DNA of 64,000 nt from contig CDLV01000007.1 of the NCBI GenBank assembly GCA_001244265.2, positions 2,046,001-2,110,000 of the forward strand. Reading direction: 5' to 3'. Shown piece after piece: positions 1 through 13,966 of the stretch (the stretch's first letter is position 1; every line of letters begins with the position of its first letter). The notes below the pieces were generated by a model. That model made no database searches. It was not told where the DNA came from and worked only from the letters and a program-made list of their open reading frames with translations. Both the position numbers and the translations under genes were made by a program. Source of the stretch: Microbotryum violaceum. Lineage: Eukaryota.

Positions 1-479
1 GATCATCGTGAAAAGCGGAGAACAGCGAACCGTACGGAAAGGGATCAAGCCGAACGGAGCAGGCTCGCCGACTATGCGCTCGGACCATCTGAGGCCCGAT
101 CGACCGAAATCGCAGAGCTCGGATCGTTGTAGCTCCACCCACAGCTTATGAAAGCTCTCGCCATTTGGGGTATGTCATTCTTTGAGCATGAAGAAAAACA
201 GAGTCCTTCACTTTTGCATGGATGCGCCTCCTTGCCAAGTTACAGAGCACCACCCCAAAATGGCCCTGAAATTTCGGAGGGCAACTGGGCCAAGCGCGCC
301 GATAACTCGTAAGCCCCTCCCAGAGGGAGGGCTTAGTTGAGCTTACGGCTGGCGCGATCTGGCGCGATTGAGCGAGTCAGCGTCATCGAGCGAGGCGCCG
401 CTTTCGCAGCTCAACCTATTAGCCGGGCCACGCGTTGAAGCGATTTGGACCACGCCAGTCCGCACTCCAGGCCAACAGT

Positions 480-3400
480 ATGGTCAAAAGCAAGTCATCG
501 GCCTCGTCCGGCACTCGCAAAAAGAATGCCGCCAAGAAGAAAGCTCGAGAGGCCCACGATGACGAAGGGGTCGAGGAGGAGGGCTCGATCGCCGGCGGCA
601 CAGGACAGGCTGGGACGGGCAAGCAACCGATGCAGCGCGGTCAGAAGAAGGACAAGAAGGTCAAGAAGGATCGTTTCGCACCCATGGTCAAGTCGTACAT
701 TCCACCTCCGCCTCCCCCCAAGGGAGTACCCGACCCGGTCGACGTTTGGCTCGCAGGTGGATCGGCCGTCGACGCCGAGCTCGTGGTAGTGTTGCGACGG
801 CTGGCCAAGAAGGACGAAGCTACAATTATCAAGGGTATCGAAGGCCTCGAGATGTGGGTGCGAAAAGTCATCAAGGACGAAGCACAAGCCGTCGATGAGG
901 ACGAGCAGTGGAAGCTCGATAAGCGCAGAGACGATCTGACTGCGAGTATGGACGTTTGGGTGAGTTCAACCACCCACACTCAAGTATAAGCCTGAATTAT
1001 ACGTCACATTTTCAACATCATGTCTGCCGTGGATGCTGTGCCGTATTACCTCCCGCTGCAAAAAAGGCTGACTCTCCGTGATCTATCCCCAGGCTCATCA
1101 TTTCAATCGCATCTCACTATATCCCTCACGCCGCCTTCGACTACAGGTCCATTCGCTTCACCAGCTGCTAACGTCGAAACCTCACCATCCTTCGCTGCTC
1201 CTCGCCTCGACCCGGTCGAGGCTGCTGGCGCCGAGCTGGCTGGAGCAGAAGGACTACGTCGGATCGTGGTGCTGCAGTACATTCGATGGCGACAGAGCAG
1301 TACGAAGCGCCGCTCGTCGGTCCTGGGACAGTGTCGTGCTACCGAACGATCAGAAGCTTGCATCAGCACGCGAGACGGACCAGGTCGAGGGAATAGATCT
1401 GCAGGAGCACGCCGAGAGCATTTTGGACTATGCCACTCGCCTGATCCTAACACCGCACTCTGTACCAAAAACAGGGGACGAATCTGACGACCCATCCTTA
1501 CTCAAAATGCAGGCTCTCTTGGCCATCTCTTCCCTCTTGTCGAGTCTTCCTTCGCCGTTACCGCTCTCGGAAACGGCCCTTGACTTCCTCACGAGTCAAG
1601 ATCTCTGGGAGCTCACCAAATCTTCCGAACCGGCCGCACTTCGACGAGCCTTGTACGAGTTGTTGGGTGCAGCGACTGGGCGCACTGATGACGAGCTGCT
1701 CGCCAAGAATGATGGGATCACGAGGATTGCCCACAGCGTGCTGAAGGAGTGCTGGGACGAGGATGAGGGATGGGCCGGCATTGTCTCGTTCTTGCGGCGC
1801 TATCCCCAAGCTTGGTCACTCGCCGACGAACCGGAAGCAAGTAAATTCAGGACTGACGATGGGGATTCGTCGAGTGACGGATTCAATTATGACGACGAGG
1901 ACGAGGAGCAAGCGGCCGAGAACAAGCACGTGGCCTCTCCATCGAAAGGTGTCACCACACCCAAAAAGCCCGATGCTTCTCCCGAGTTTCCGTCCCCTAC
2001 ACTACACCGGTTTTTTAGTCATCTCGCTCTAGCTTGCACGGGCCGACCTCAGAACTATCCGACAATACTGTTGCTTCTCTCAACCATCCCAACGAGCGTG
2101 CTCCCTCCTTCTCAAGCCAATCTCCGGCCTCTATTCGAATCCTTCTGGTCAGCATGGGGAGGCCGTGCGCTCTTCCTTGGCTCACTGGGCTCGTCGAATG
2201 GCCCGAGTGCGATCGAAAACTTCATGACCTCATTTCTCGAATGCTTCCTGTTCGAGCTCGCGAAGTTGCAGAAGGAAGGCGAGGAGAACGGCGAGGCTCT
2301 GGTCGTCGAATGGATCGGTCGAACATGGCGCACATTTCTCGGTGACGGAGTGAAGGGGCATCGAGGGATATCGACCCCTGCTGTTGCAACCCAGATCGCA
2401 TCGACACTGAACAAAATCGCCAACAAGGATGGGCTACTGTTCGAAAAGGCATGGGCCGTCATTTCCGAATCTTCTTTGCAGCTGTTTAGCTTCACTGATT
2501 CAAATGTAGCCGACGAGAGATCTTTCACTGCATTGGCGACCGCAATCAAGGCGGTCAACGCTCCGTTAATGTCGGATGCGCTGAGGTCAAGATCTCAAGC
2601 GCTCGCGAGACGTTCGGCTGGAAGTGCTGTCACAGGCGTCATGCAGGGCAACATCAACGAGCGAGTTTGTATGCTGTTAACGTTTATTGGTTCGATTAAG
2701 GAGAGCGTGGCGGGCGATGCAGAAGTGCAAAAAGTTTGTTATACGACTCAGCAGGGTCCGGGTGGCAGAGCGCTGACCTCCCCATCTCGCCCTTTCGTTC
2801 CAGATGTTGGATGGGCTCGCAGCTACGAAAGGCGTGTCCTTAATCTGTTCAGATTCCAGTCCAGCGACGATGGCCTATTTCGCATCGCATTTAAGCTCGA
2901 CATCGGAAGCGGCTCGGACCACTATCTGGACTTCGCTGTTCAAAGCTACTCCTTCGAACAGCGTCCTGCTCAAGCTCGTCGATGCCGTCAGCACTGGCGA
3001 GCTGTCATCCCTGCTTCCTTCGGCTTGTCTCGACGATTACGTGCTCGAAATAGCCCAGCGAATGCTCAGCGAAGATATCACCGCTTTCTCAATTGCCGAG
3101 TCCGATCTGTTGACACGCCTCATCGTGCAGCCGCGTGAGTGATTAGTGTAGAGCCCGCTCACCGCTCGTCTTAATCACACCTGATCCTTCCACCCTTGTC
3201 AGAGCCATTTGTCGCGGTCGACTTGCCAGCCAAAATTGTGGATCTAATTGCACGGGTCTTACCCGCCAGGGTATTACAGTCGGTGGCTCTTGCTCCATCG
3301 GCACAGGCAATTCAAGCGCTCGCCTCGCCCTGTCGACTGCTCGCCCAGTACTCCCAGTTCAGTCGAAATATGCAGGGGCTCGCCGAAACAGAACTTGCCG

Positions 3401-6400
3401 TCGCGATCTTTGAAGTTGCTCACCTCCTCCCGAACTGTCGCCTGGAGGATTCCGGGATCCAATTGCCGGACGAAGCCTTCATCGCGGCTCAACTCACTTG
3501 GACCGCTCTGTCTGAGGTCAGAGACTTCTCCCTTGACAAAAGGGTATGCGATCGCATCGGCAAACTCCTACTCGACACATCCATCCGGCCCTCTCCCATC
3601 GATCTGATAGAATGCGTCGCCACGCACCTGAGTGCATTGGACGAGGCGAATCTCCTTACTCGACTACTCCCAACATCTGCCGCCTTGGACGAACTAGTCG
3701 AAGCTTTGGTACTCTCAAATCCTTCACCATCGATATCGGTTCTGCAACCCCTCGTTCCTCCGTCCGGCGACGGTTCGGACGCTCCTCGGCCCTTCATCGA
3801 AAGTGACGCTGCCGGGTTCTCAGCCTTCGTGCGATCTGTCGTCGCGATCCTCGAAGTTGCCGCTCGAAACCACGCATGGCTGCGTAACAACTCCTGGGTT
3901 CTACCTCACATCCTCCTCCTAGGCGATGTCGCTCGGGACGAACTCGCTGCTTTCGAGTCAACCCGCGGCGTGTTCGGTTCCAACGTATCGGAGGAAGTGC
4001 TGGAGCGCATTGTGGCCTCTTGTGATGGCGCCAGCTCATTCTTGCTGGCCGCCAAAGCTGCCGATCTACCAAGCGACTGGCACAGCAAGGCGGTGATGCA
4101 TCTCCGGAAGAAGGAACCAGGTCGGATGACCGATGAGCTCGTGAGCGTGCTGGATGCGCTCGCTCGCCGAACACATGCCTCAACGGGCGTGTATTGGAAG
4201 AGAGCGTTCTCGACCGTGTTGCAGGCGATTCTACGGTATGCCGACGCCGGTGTCGCCGATGCGGAACGGTGGCTCGCGTTTGCCCAGAATCTCGGTGAAA
4301 GTAAGTCGTGGCCAAGTTTGTCTCAGCGCTCGCACCCTTGTGTTGACAAGGCTTCACACGCAGGTCATCCTCTCACTTTGGCCATCGTTCACTCAATCAA
4401 AGACATTTTAATTGAAAGCCCTCGCTTCGAACGATACCAGAACGAGCTCGCCGCTAACCTAGCCGGGGTTGTACCCTCAGCTGCGAGCGGCAAAGGTCTC
4501 GTCATATTGCAGCTTCTGCTCGCCACGGCACCGCCAGCGGATGCACCTGTCATCTTCCTGTCACAGCAACGATCCATGTTCTTGATTCAGAACATCCAGA
4601 GATGGATCGCAAGCGACGAAGACCTTGCAGAAGAGATCCATGTGGCGGTCGCGGAGCTCTTCGTTCACCTTTCACCAATCGTGCAAGACATGAGTGGATC
4701 GCATTGGGATCTGATTTTCGACGTTATCGAGTCCAATCTGGAGGTGAGAGCTCTCTGAACCAATGCTCTTGGCAGCCACGATCTGACGCTAACAATCACT
4801 TTCTTACCCTCAGACTGCCAGCTGGGACGATAATGCCACTTTATCATCATTGTACCACTCGTGCCGGCTTATTATGACGTTTCAAGATCTTGCATCCCGC
4901 AACAAGGGTCTTCGTGCGCTCGCAATGGAGCGCATCAACACGTCACTCGCCTTCATTCGTGACCTTTTCGTGTCTCGGCCAGGTGAGCGCTCAACACGGC
5001 CTTAAAGCTTGAGATGGGAACGGTATTGACACGAGAAAGCCTAAAAGTAGATTCTCAAACACGGAATCGACCTCGCTTGGTCGTCCTCGAGACGATGGCT
5101 CGCCTGATGCAGGACCTGCCTCCTACGCTCCTGACAATGGGCAAGCCGTTCGATCAAGTGGGTCAAGACACTACACCGAGACTTGAAGTTCTTCCATGTT
5201 GACAGCCCATTTTTATTGTACAGCTGCTCCGACTTTTGCGCGACCCCTCTTTGGCGATTCAGCACTCGTCGTACGGCCTCGTCACCCGAATCGCTGCGCA
5301 GCACGTCGGCGAATTAGTTGTCGAAGTCGAACTGGACCAGGAGGGCGTTCTCAAGGGATTATTACCGGATTCTTTGATCGAGTTGCTTTCGGACAAGTTG
5401 CCCGGAGAAGTTCTGCTAGAATCTCAATACTTTGCTCGTGCATCGACCCTTCTGCATGGTTGGCTCATCGCTTTCACCTTTTTCGATGAGGCGGTCAGTG
5501 ATGTTCCACATTCTGCGCTAGCTGCACAAGACACTGAGCTTAAAAAAATTGTATCTTCACAGTCTCCTCGTCTCAAAGCCGACTACACGAACCATTTGCG
5601 CAAGCTGGAGCTGATCGGTTCGTCGTACCTCCCGTCCATCTTTGCCCTCCTCAACCTCAGTGATCGCAGTCGAACGATAGACGTCAGTCCATGGGGCATC
5701 GACGAGTTCCATCTAGAGTGTGAGTCGAGCCATCATGTACGGACTACAGGTCTGTGGATCTCGGTTTTGAGACCCGATCTTCCTCCTCAGTGGTCGACGA
5801 CCTCACGCCTGTCACGCTACCCGCCTTCGCGACGTTCGTCTACTATCGTTCGCTTCAAGCCATCCCTTCGTTGGTGAGGCAGTGGTGGGAAGGCTGCAAA
5901 AACCGGCAGCTGTCGATGGCGGTCGCCAACCTGACGTCACGACACTTCTCGCCCGTGCTCATCGCTCACGAACTGGCGCACCTTCGAGATCCCAACGATC
6001 CTGCGAGCAGGACGCTACGTGACAACGACGACTTCACCGTCAAAATCGCGGCGAATGCGAACGAGGTGAAGGCCGTATTTGTCGTTGATGAGGAAAGCAT
6101 GGAGATTGGCGTGAGGATGCCGGCCGACTTCCCGTTGCAGCAGGTTGAGGTCAAGGACGTCCGACGGGTCGGAGTAACAGATTCGCAGTGGCGGGCCTGG
6201 TTGCTCGGTGTTCAACAGGTCATCACAAATCAGGTGGGTGGCCAGGCGCAAATACTACCAAGAGGTGCTATCTAATTTACATTCACCTCGTCATTCCTTA
6301 CATCAGAATGGACTTATTGCCGAAGGGTTGTCGCTGTGGAAACACAACGTGACTTTGCACTTTGAGGGTGTCGAGGCGTGTGCGATCTGCTACTCGTCCA

Positions 6401-6617
6401 TCTCGGTTGTCGATCGCTCGTTGCCCACAAAAGCATGCAAAACATGCAACAACCGTTTCCATGCTGGTTGCTTGTACAAGGTGCGTCTCCTCGGTGTTTG
6501 TTTGAATCAGAGCTGGCGCGAGGGCTCAATTGACTGACCGTCCTTTCTGGGCCGTCTTAAAAGTGGTTCTCGACATCGCATGGATCAAGTTGTCCGTTGT
6601 GCCGATCCTTGTTCTAG
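480..6617 (+). CDS. LTN1: Listerin/RKR1 E3 ubiquitin ligase (ribosome quality control), multi-exon
   Basis: Starts [18 protein letters not shown]1 N-terminal motif [18 protein letters not shown]-like region near the C-terminus, and terminal RING '[12 protein letters not shown]...[37 protein letters not shown]' (TAG 6615-6617). GT-AG introns include 960-1092, 2734-2803 and 3135-3202. Confidence 0.93.
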
Positions 6618-7057
6618 ATGCCTATACATGACATACTGAAAATGGAAGAGGGAGAAGCCTTTCCAAATACCCACCCAGTTACAGTTTGCCTCAACTCTAC
6701 GAGCTCGGTGTAGAGTGCTATGCTTCCAGTGCCATAGGGCGGGCTGACCACCGGTCAGCAGCTTCGCCACCATGAGCGATTTGGTGCCTCCACGCTGGCC
6801 CGCGCAACTGCCGCCTACTCCCGCGCTGTCTCGCGAGCTCTCGCGCGAGCGCGTGACGCGCCTCACCGCTCCGGGGGGCACGGTGCCTCTTTCATTCACC
6901 TTTCTACCTGGACAACTCGGACCCCTTGGCGCCTCACGATCTCCCCAAAGCCTTCCTCGTCTACACCAACAGGACAAATCGCACAGAAGAGCTTCCATCG
7001 TCAGATACTGTCTTCGTCTTTGGGTCTACCACCAACACCCGCCGACGTCTTAGGAAC

Positions 7058-9400
7058 ATGTCGGGCTCCATCTCACGTGCCGCGCTCACCGCCTGCGTCG
7101 CGTCGCTTCTTGTGGGCCACGCGATCGGACAAAATGCTCCCTCGGGCGCGTCTGGAGCGACAACCACGACAGGAGCAGCTGGTTCGACGTGCAGTTGGCA
7201 ACAAAAATGCCCGACAACGGCGCCGTGCTGCTCAGAGTGAGTGGGGAATAGCACTAACTGAAACTGACGGGCGAGGCGGAGTCCGATGAGAGGTCGAGTG
7301 AGGCGCACAAGATCGTCGAGTAACACGCATCTCATACCTGCTTGGCGCCTTTCATAGATTTGGATACTGTAGTTCAGGGGTCGGGTGCTTGAACGGGTGC
7401 AACGTGAATACCACCGGAATCGGCTACCCCAACTTGGCTCACGAGTGTGCCAGTGGTGCTGATGGGAATCTGGTGCTTGATTCTCACAGCCTCAATGGAG
7501 CGCGGCGGGCTATTGCGCCCCTATCCCTGTCTGCCAATCCACAAACGTGAGTCAGTGCGACCCTGTAGAACGAGTATGCTCAATTTCGGATCTACCGACA
7601 ATCTGTACCAGACCTGTCAACTCTGATGGACGGCTTAGCTAAAGTTGGCTCTGATCCTTCTGCCCTTCACAGTACACTTTCGCCGACACATCGCGAATTG
7701 CCTTGAACTCTTCCGCCTACACTGGTGATGCGGCAAAATACGACTTCACACTAGATAAGCAAGACGGCACCACCTCGCTCATTCAGGACGGCGAGCTCGC
7801 CTTGACCCTGACCGAAGCTGGTGGCGGAACTCGACTCTCCACGACCCGCGCTGTGCTGTACGGCAACATTCAAGCTTCGATCAAGACCGTCGGTGCCCCC
7901 GGAATCGTCACAGCTTTTATCACCATGAGTGGATCCAAGGATGAGATCGATTGGGAGTGGACAGGCACGGACCGAAACGAGGCGCAGTCGAATTATTTTT
8001 GGGAAGGCGACCTGAACGACTACAAGAATGGAGGCACAGGTGCGGGTACTCGCTTCGCATCTCCATACGTTGAGCACGAGAACTGACCCATATTGTGTAC
8101 GAGTGCAGCCGAGACGAGTAGCAACCGAGCGAACAACTACATCGTCTACGGGTTCAACTGGACTCCTGATCAGCTTCAGTGGACCGTGGCGGGCAAGGTT
8201 GTTCGCACTTTGACGCGCTCTTCGACGTACGACTCTGCCTCGGGCCGATACGAGTACCCCCAGACACCCAGTCGTATCCAGATGTCGGTCTGGCCCGCCG
8301 GTATCGTTGCTTCTGCCCCCGGTACAGTCACGTGGGCCGGAGGTATGATCGATTGGAGCAAAGCCCCTTTCCAAGCTCGCATCCAGTGGATCTCGCTCCA
8401 ATGCTACAGCGGCTTAAATCTGAGCTACGAAGCTGGAAATACGGCTTCGTCTTTCAACTCGTCGAGCCGACTTGCCAAGCGCGAAATCGGGGAAAAGTCG
8501 TCTCTGTGGAAGCGCGGTGGCCTGGTGGAACGAGCCGACTCGATAAACTCCTACGTTTGGGGCGTCAACAACTCGGCTGGACAGATTCAAGTTACCGTCT
8601 CGAACGCCGCAACCATCATTAACTCGGTGTACTCGACTGGAAAGAACAGTGAGTTTCAGCTGCCGCGTAGACCTGCACTCCATGGCTGACATTGATGAGG
8701 TATTTGTCAAATCTCTGCGGCCAGTGATCGTCAAAGGCTCGGATACAAAGGGTGTCACCCCGACCAACGAGTCTGGCAACGCGCTATCCAATTCGGCGCT
8801 CGGAAGCTGGTGGTACAAGTCAGTCTATAGCTGTCATTCATGGAGATCCGGACCATTTCGACTCACTCTCGTTCACATGATTGCCTGGCCAGGCTTCCTA
8901 CCGCTGCTAAAGCCGGTATCATCGCGGGTATCGTGCTGGCCACCCTCTTCTTGATCGTCGCGCTGTGCACCTGCGTAGCCCGCCGCAAGGACTCCAGAAA
9001 GGCTAAAGCCTACAAACCCGTTGGCGATGCCATTTCTCTCAACAAGACCTCGGCTGCGCCTGTCAACTCGCGAACACAAGCCTCGACGGCCTCGCTCGCG
9101 TCGACGATGACGAAGAACAACACCTCGGCTTATGACCAATCGAATTATGCGCATCCCCAAGCACAACGATACGACCTTGCTCCTCCCGCCCCTGAGTGGC
9201 CAACGGCTCAGAACGATTATGATCAACAGCAGGGGCACAGCTCGCCGAGCTACTACTCGTACCCTGAGCAGACGGCGTCGCACGGGAACTACTACGATGG
9301 GTCCCACACGCCTCAGGCTTCCCAGTGGCCTCAGAAACAACATCAGCAGCAACATCATCAGCCGCCGCAGCAGTACTACTCGACGGGCGCGAAGTACTGA
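7058..9400 (+). CDS. GH16 Crh/Utr2-like chitin transglycosylase with N-terminal Cys-rich (CBM18-like) module and C-terminal transmembrane segment, multi-exon
   Basis: Signal peptide MSGSISRAALTACVASLLVGHAIG. Cys-rich CSWQQKCPTTAPCCSE-FGYC...CLNGCN. GH16 catalytic motif DEIDWEW, plus YPQTPSRIQMSVWPAG and WAGGMIDW. TM segment GIIAGIVLATLFLIVALCTCVA followed by RRK. Stop TGA 9398-9400. Confidence 0.88.
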
Positions 9401-9681
9401 TCGCTTGTGCTGCGCTTTGTAAGCTCGATCGCTTTCGCGAGAAGCGGACGATCCAAGCTAAATATACAATTATGGACGTTGTGTATGAGGTAGCCAAGTC
9501 TTCAACTTCGACTGTTGACGCTCTGTTTGACTGTGTCTTTACCGGGCATGAACCTTTTGACGACGATGATGCAACATTGCCACATATATCAATCCTTCCC
9601 TCATGATACCAGCTTCGTTACAACAAAAAGACATGATCTAGGAGAGAGACAAGCAGTATGGAGAGAATTTTGTCAGACAGT

Positions 9682-11684
9682 TTAGTCAGTCGTTTGGGTC
9701 TCGGTCACGATAATGACGTTGGCCGAAGCGTCTGTCGTTTCAGGCGCTTTGGGAGCAGGCGGTGGCGGAGCGGGCCTGAAGACCGTACTCTGGACACGCT
9801 GAGGAGTCGAGAAGAGCGTCGAAGCCGTCAGTGATTTGGTTGTGTTTCAGAGTTGTTATCAGATGTGAGAAGGGCTCACCTTAAAATGGGGTGTGCACGA
9901 GTAAGCATGGAACTCTGCAGAGGGCAAAATTCGAAGTGACGTTAGCAAGCAGCGTCCAGGGGGTGGGGTCCACCTTCCGCGCGCACCAAAGTTCAGAGGC
10001 TCTTTCCTGCACAGGTCAAACAAGGCGCTCGTCAGCTTCTCCGTACCGTAATCTCCGGCATGACTAGGGGGAAAAACTCACTCGTCGCAAGCGCAATTCC
10101 GTGTGGGACCTCCGACGGGGCAAACATGGAAGGGTGCGTGGAAGTACTGATGGGCCGATTAAGATGACTGTCAGCTCTTAAGGTCATCCATTGTCGCGCA
10201 TCTGAGGCGCGGCGCCCGAATGCTCACCCCGATATTGTCGAAGAAGTGAAGTTCGTCGGGATGCAAAAATAAACTTGCGGCGATCGAATGAACCGGCGCA
10301 TCGCCCCATCGTTCGTAAAAGAAGCCACCGGCGTTGTCAAGGAACTCGACGTAGTCCAAATATGTTTGCGATCGCCAGAGCGAGAGATCGCCAATCTCAA
10401 AGTTGGACCAAAAATGACCTGGCAAAAATGAGAAAGTATGGTCAGAATTTCTGGAAGTGCGCCCCCGAGACATCCAGGGTCCACTCACATTGGTTATAAT
10501 TGAGCCCATTGTCGTACGAGATGAAAGGGATCAGATTGGGCTGCGCCAAGTGCTCAGGGTGCTTGATGAGGAACGCCTTCGTCGTCTCCCACAAAGTTGC
10601 GATAGTGTCCGGGTACTCGTATAAAGACAAGACGAATCCATACTTTTTCTTGTTCTCCTTCATGAAGCGAAACGGGTCAAAGTCAAGGTCGCAGTAGTAC
10701 TTGACGCTCGGCTCGACTCGCCAATACCACTTGATGTCGTCCAGCAAGGGGTGGCGCCAGAAAAACATGCTTTGGTACCGGCACATTTTTCGGTCTACCC
10801 AGGGGAACGGGTCAGCACACACGGGCGTGCGAAAGAACGCAGAACCAGGCCTCCGCAAGCTCACAAGTTATGGAACCGCCGTAGGGGATCGGCTTTTGAC
10901 CCATGGCGCTGATCCTTTCGGTCGCGAGAGTAACATTAATATCTAGGGTGTTCATAACATGCCCAAAGCCGTTAGCAACCACCAATAGGGTTCAATCTGC
11001 CTTCGGCGACTAACTTTCGGGCATTGAATTTCCTGTCGGCCATTCCGAGGGATCAATCAACCCGTAGCTGCACTCGCCCGAGGTGAACTGCGAGGTGCGC
11101 TCCTTGAACTCTTCGGTGAAGGGTTCGTTGTTGAGAAAGATCCATGGGTACCCGTACTTGTGGTTGAAGCGGTCTGAAGAAGGGTAGCCAGGTGTAGTGT
11201 TTGTCAGCAAGGATTGTCAACGCCTGCACTACGCATCGCCCCCACTCCAAAACCGCGGCGACTGCCGAGCCCGCTCAAGCTAAAACTAGGGGTGCAGAGC
11301 CGCCACGAGTTTCACCATGAGGTCCACTTTCAACGCACCTTCCATCTCTCTAACTGACTCCAGTAATTCATAGAGGTCCTTGTTCCTCGCCAGCACGACG
11401 AAAGCGGCTCGATTTACCCTAATAGGCTGAGTCGTCAGTGTGGTTGTGCCGAGGTCCTCGGGTGAGGGCAGCTTCTTGCCCGTGATGACAAGTCGTTCGT
11501 CACGTGGAGGTTGCCAAGCGAAATGCTCGAGCTTCTGCCCTCGGTACCATGTCTCGCTCGCTTTGATGCGCGAAGAGAAGCCCAACGACAGCACTCGATG
11601 GACCAACGCCGACAGCAGGAACACAAGGCTTAGGAAGCCTGCGCCGAGTATCAGACCGTATCGAAGCCGCGGATTTGATAACAT
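9682..11684 (-). CDS. KRE2/KTR/MNT1-family (GT15) alpha-1,2-mannosyltransferase, multi-exon
   Basis: Type II TM N-terminus MLSNPRLRYGLILGAGF. Family motifs AAFVVLARN, RFNHKYGYPWIFLNNEPFTEEFK, MCRYQS.FFWRHP, YWRVEP, HFWSNFEI and GGFFYERWGDAPVHSIAA. Last exon ends ETQTTD* (TAA 9684-9682). Confidence 0.92.
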
Positions 11685-11845
11685 TGCGGCATGTAGTCGC
11701 AACCGAGCTCTTCCACACTGATCCAGTTGGCCAATCCGGGCACTGTTGGGACTCTCGCGTCGCACACCGCTGGGCGAGCGGTGGAAGCGAGAACGCGAGC
11801 GGTGCCGCATGCAGGCCACCCGCGTCGTAGGCCGGGGATCGCTAC

Positions 11846-12110
11846 AGGACCCCCGAAAGCTTAGCCAGAGGCGCGTAGGTAAAATCCGCCAAAATCCCGG
11901 ATTTTGGACCTCATTTGTCCACCCTTTTTTGGTGTATTCGCCCAAAAATGTCCTTAAAATGTCCAGTCCATCTACGCTCGTCCAACCATAGCTCTAGAAT
12001 TGCTTCAGATGCCCTACACCATCTCCAAAAATCGCGATTTTGGCTTTTCTTACGCCAAAAATTTGTCCACTCTTTACCTACGCGCCTCAGGCTGGGCTTT
12101 CATGGGTCCT
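11846..12110. mobile_element. MITE, probably hAT-type non-autonomous DNA transposon
   Basis: Imperfect 38-bp TIRs at 11846-11883 (AGGACCCCCGAAAGCTTAGCCAGAGGCGCGTAGGTAAA) and 12073-12110. Exact 8-bp direct repeat ATCGCTAC flanks it at 11838-11845 and 12111-12118. Confidence 0.8.
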
Positions 12111-12268
12111 ATCGCTACTGGATTGCTTTGAGCTAGTCCTAGCACTGTCCTAGCCGTTTCCGCGCACAACGGGTAGTCTGCACTTTCTGATTCACTTCAG
12201 TTTCATTCGCACTTATTTCGGTGTTTTACTGTAACTTCCGACTACGTTGTCATCTTTCATACGCTTCC

Positions 12269-13966
12269 TCAGTCGACGATGATCACTTCGAAAGGCCTTC
12301 TTTTGGCCGACCTTATCGTCGGGTACTGCGAGTCCGCCGACGAATGGCGACCATCGTCGCCCAGTTCGTCCCTCTCCCTCTCCCTCTTGACAGAGGTCCG
12401 CTTGATCGAGTCCGCATCCCCATTCAAGACCTCGGATGCTCCAAGTCTGTTCTCCTGTCCCTTCATGCTCGATCTCATCCTCTCCAACTCCTCCTTCAAC
12501 CTGGCCTGCTTCAGCCTTTCCAATTCGATCTCGAGGTTCCGGTTTTCCATCTTGAGGCTTGTCAAAGGTGTCGACGGTGCGACAGGTGGTGCCATCGCGA
12601 TTGCCATACTGGGTTTCCGAGGCTCGGATTGAACGATTTGTCGAACACGCAAGGGTGTTTGCATACGAGGGGGCAGTTCGGGATTGACCGATCGAGGCAA
12701 CATAGGGGTCCGTGTCGGCATCGAAGGTGGAGGCATCTGCCCTGGTGAGACTTGACGCTCATCAAAACTTTCGGGACCGTGTTCATTCTTGATCGCTAGC
12801 CAAAGGCTGGCGGGCGAAGACAAGGGACGCTTGACTTGGGGTGAGGGGGACTTTGGTTGGGTTGGTGAGGGGCTTGCGGAGACGTCGCGCAACGATGCGA
12901 AGTGGCGACATGTTTCGGGAGTGATCAAACGGGGAAGCGCTCGGGAACCTCCTCGAGTGTCGGAAGGGATGGATCCTGCGAGTAGAGTTGCGAGTTGTTG
13001 ACCGTCAGTCTCCGAGCAGCAGATATTGGAGAGATCGGGAAAGACATACGGGGCATGAGATCACGGGCCTCGAGCATCTCCCGAGGAAGGTAAGAGAAGG
13101 AAATGCTGAGGTAAGGCGAGTTGCGCTTGTCGATCCAGGCGTATCGAAGATGCTCTTTTTGTGTGGCAGACCGCGCCTCGCCGAGTCTGTAGCGTTCGAG
13201 ACAGGGAGGGTCACCGCGTTAGACGCCGCAGCCATTCGCCGACTCCGTGGGGCGATCGGACTCACTTGACTTGGTGATGCGCTCTATGTTTGGCTTTCTC
13301 ATGCACAACAGCGGTATCGGCCGTTGCGAATCTAGGTGCGCTATTGACTCCTTCAATGCGTACGCGATAGAATTTGAGCGCGATCGTGCCGAGGCTACGA
13401 AGAGTGTGCTCGTCGACGTGAGTGGCTCTCCTATCGTCGTCGGTGAGCGATAAGTCGGCAAAGTAGAAGGGTTTAATAGTGGTCTGATATTCAGGGAAAT
13501 CGTTGATTTAGTCTAGATTCCGGAATGGAAACAAGATGGGCAGAAAACAGATACTGACGGCGCTGCATCGTTGCCCAAGGAAGCTGACGACCCGGTCAGG
13601 AGCGTTGGCTGAAGTTCGACAGTCCCGCGGCGCCTTCTGGAACGCCATCCTGCAAGCAGATCCGAGGGGAAGATGCTCAACCAGCTGATAATAGCGACAG
13701 GGAACGATCCTCGATTACCTATTTCCATCCACATCCAATGCAATGGCCCGCTCATCCCGGTTGAGCTGCCGCCCCTTAGCGAGGACGTGGACGGTGAAGG
13801 CGCTGCCTGCGATCGACTCGACGTAGCCATGCAGATGCCCTCCACAGCTCGACGCCGCGTACACCGGTACTCGACGACCATCGATCGCAACATAACAGTC
13901 GTAATCAGAGGTGGAGCTGTTAGAGAATAATTTGGGATGATCATGGGTGTCAGTTGTGGTGTTCAT
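12269..13966 (-). CDS. Fungal hypothetical protein, DUF7918-like N-terminal domain plus low-complexity/coiled-coil C-terminus; exon structure partly uncertain
   Basis: Exon translations MNTTT...YDCYVAIDGRRVPVY...HGYVESIAGSAFTVHV, LRSLGTIALKFYRVRI...VVHEKAK and YLSISFSYLPREMLEARDLMP follow the usual pattern of this family. The 3' ORF 12269-12928 ends ...FEVIIVD*. Confidence 0.6.

Noticed and set aside
296-360. Hairpin TAAGCC-CTCCC-aga-GGGAG-GGCTTA upstream of LTN1
   Set aside because: Short, single-copy and in GC-rich promoter DNA; no TSD or other support.
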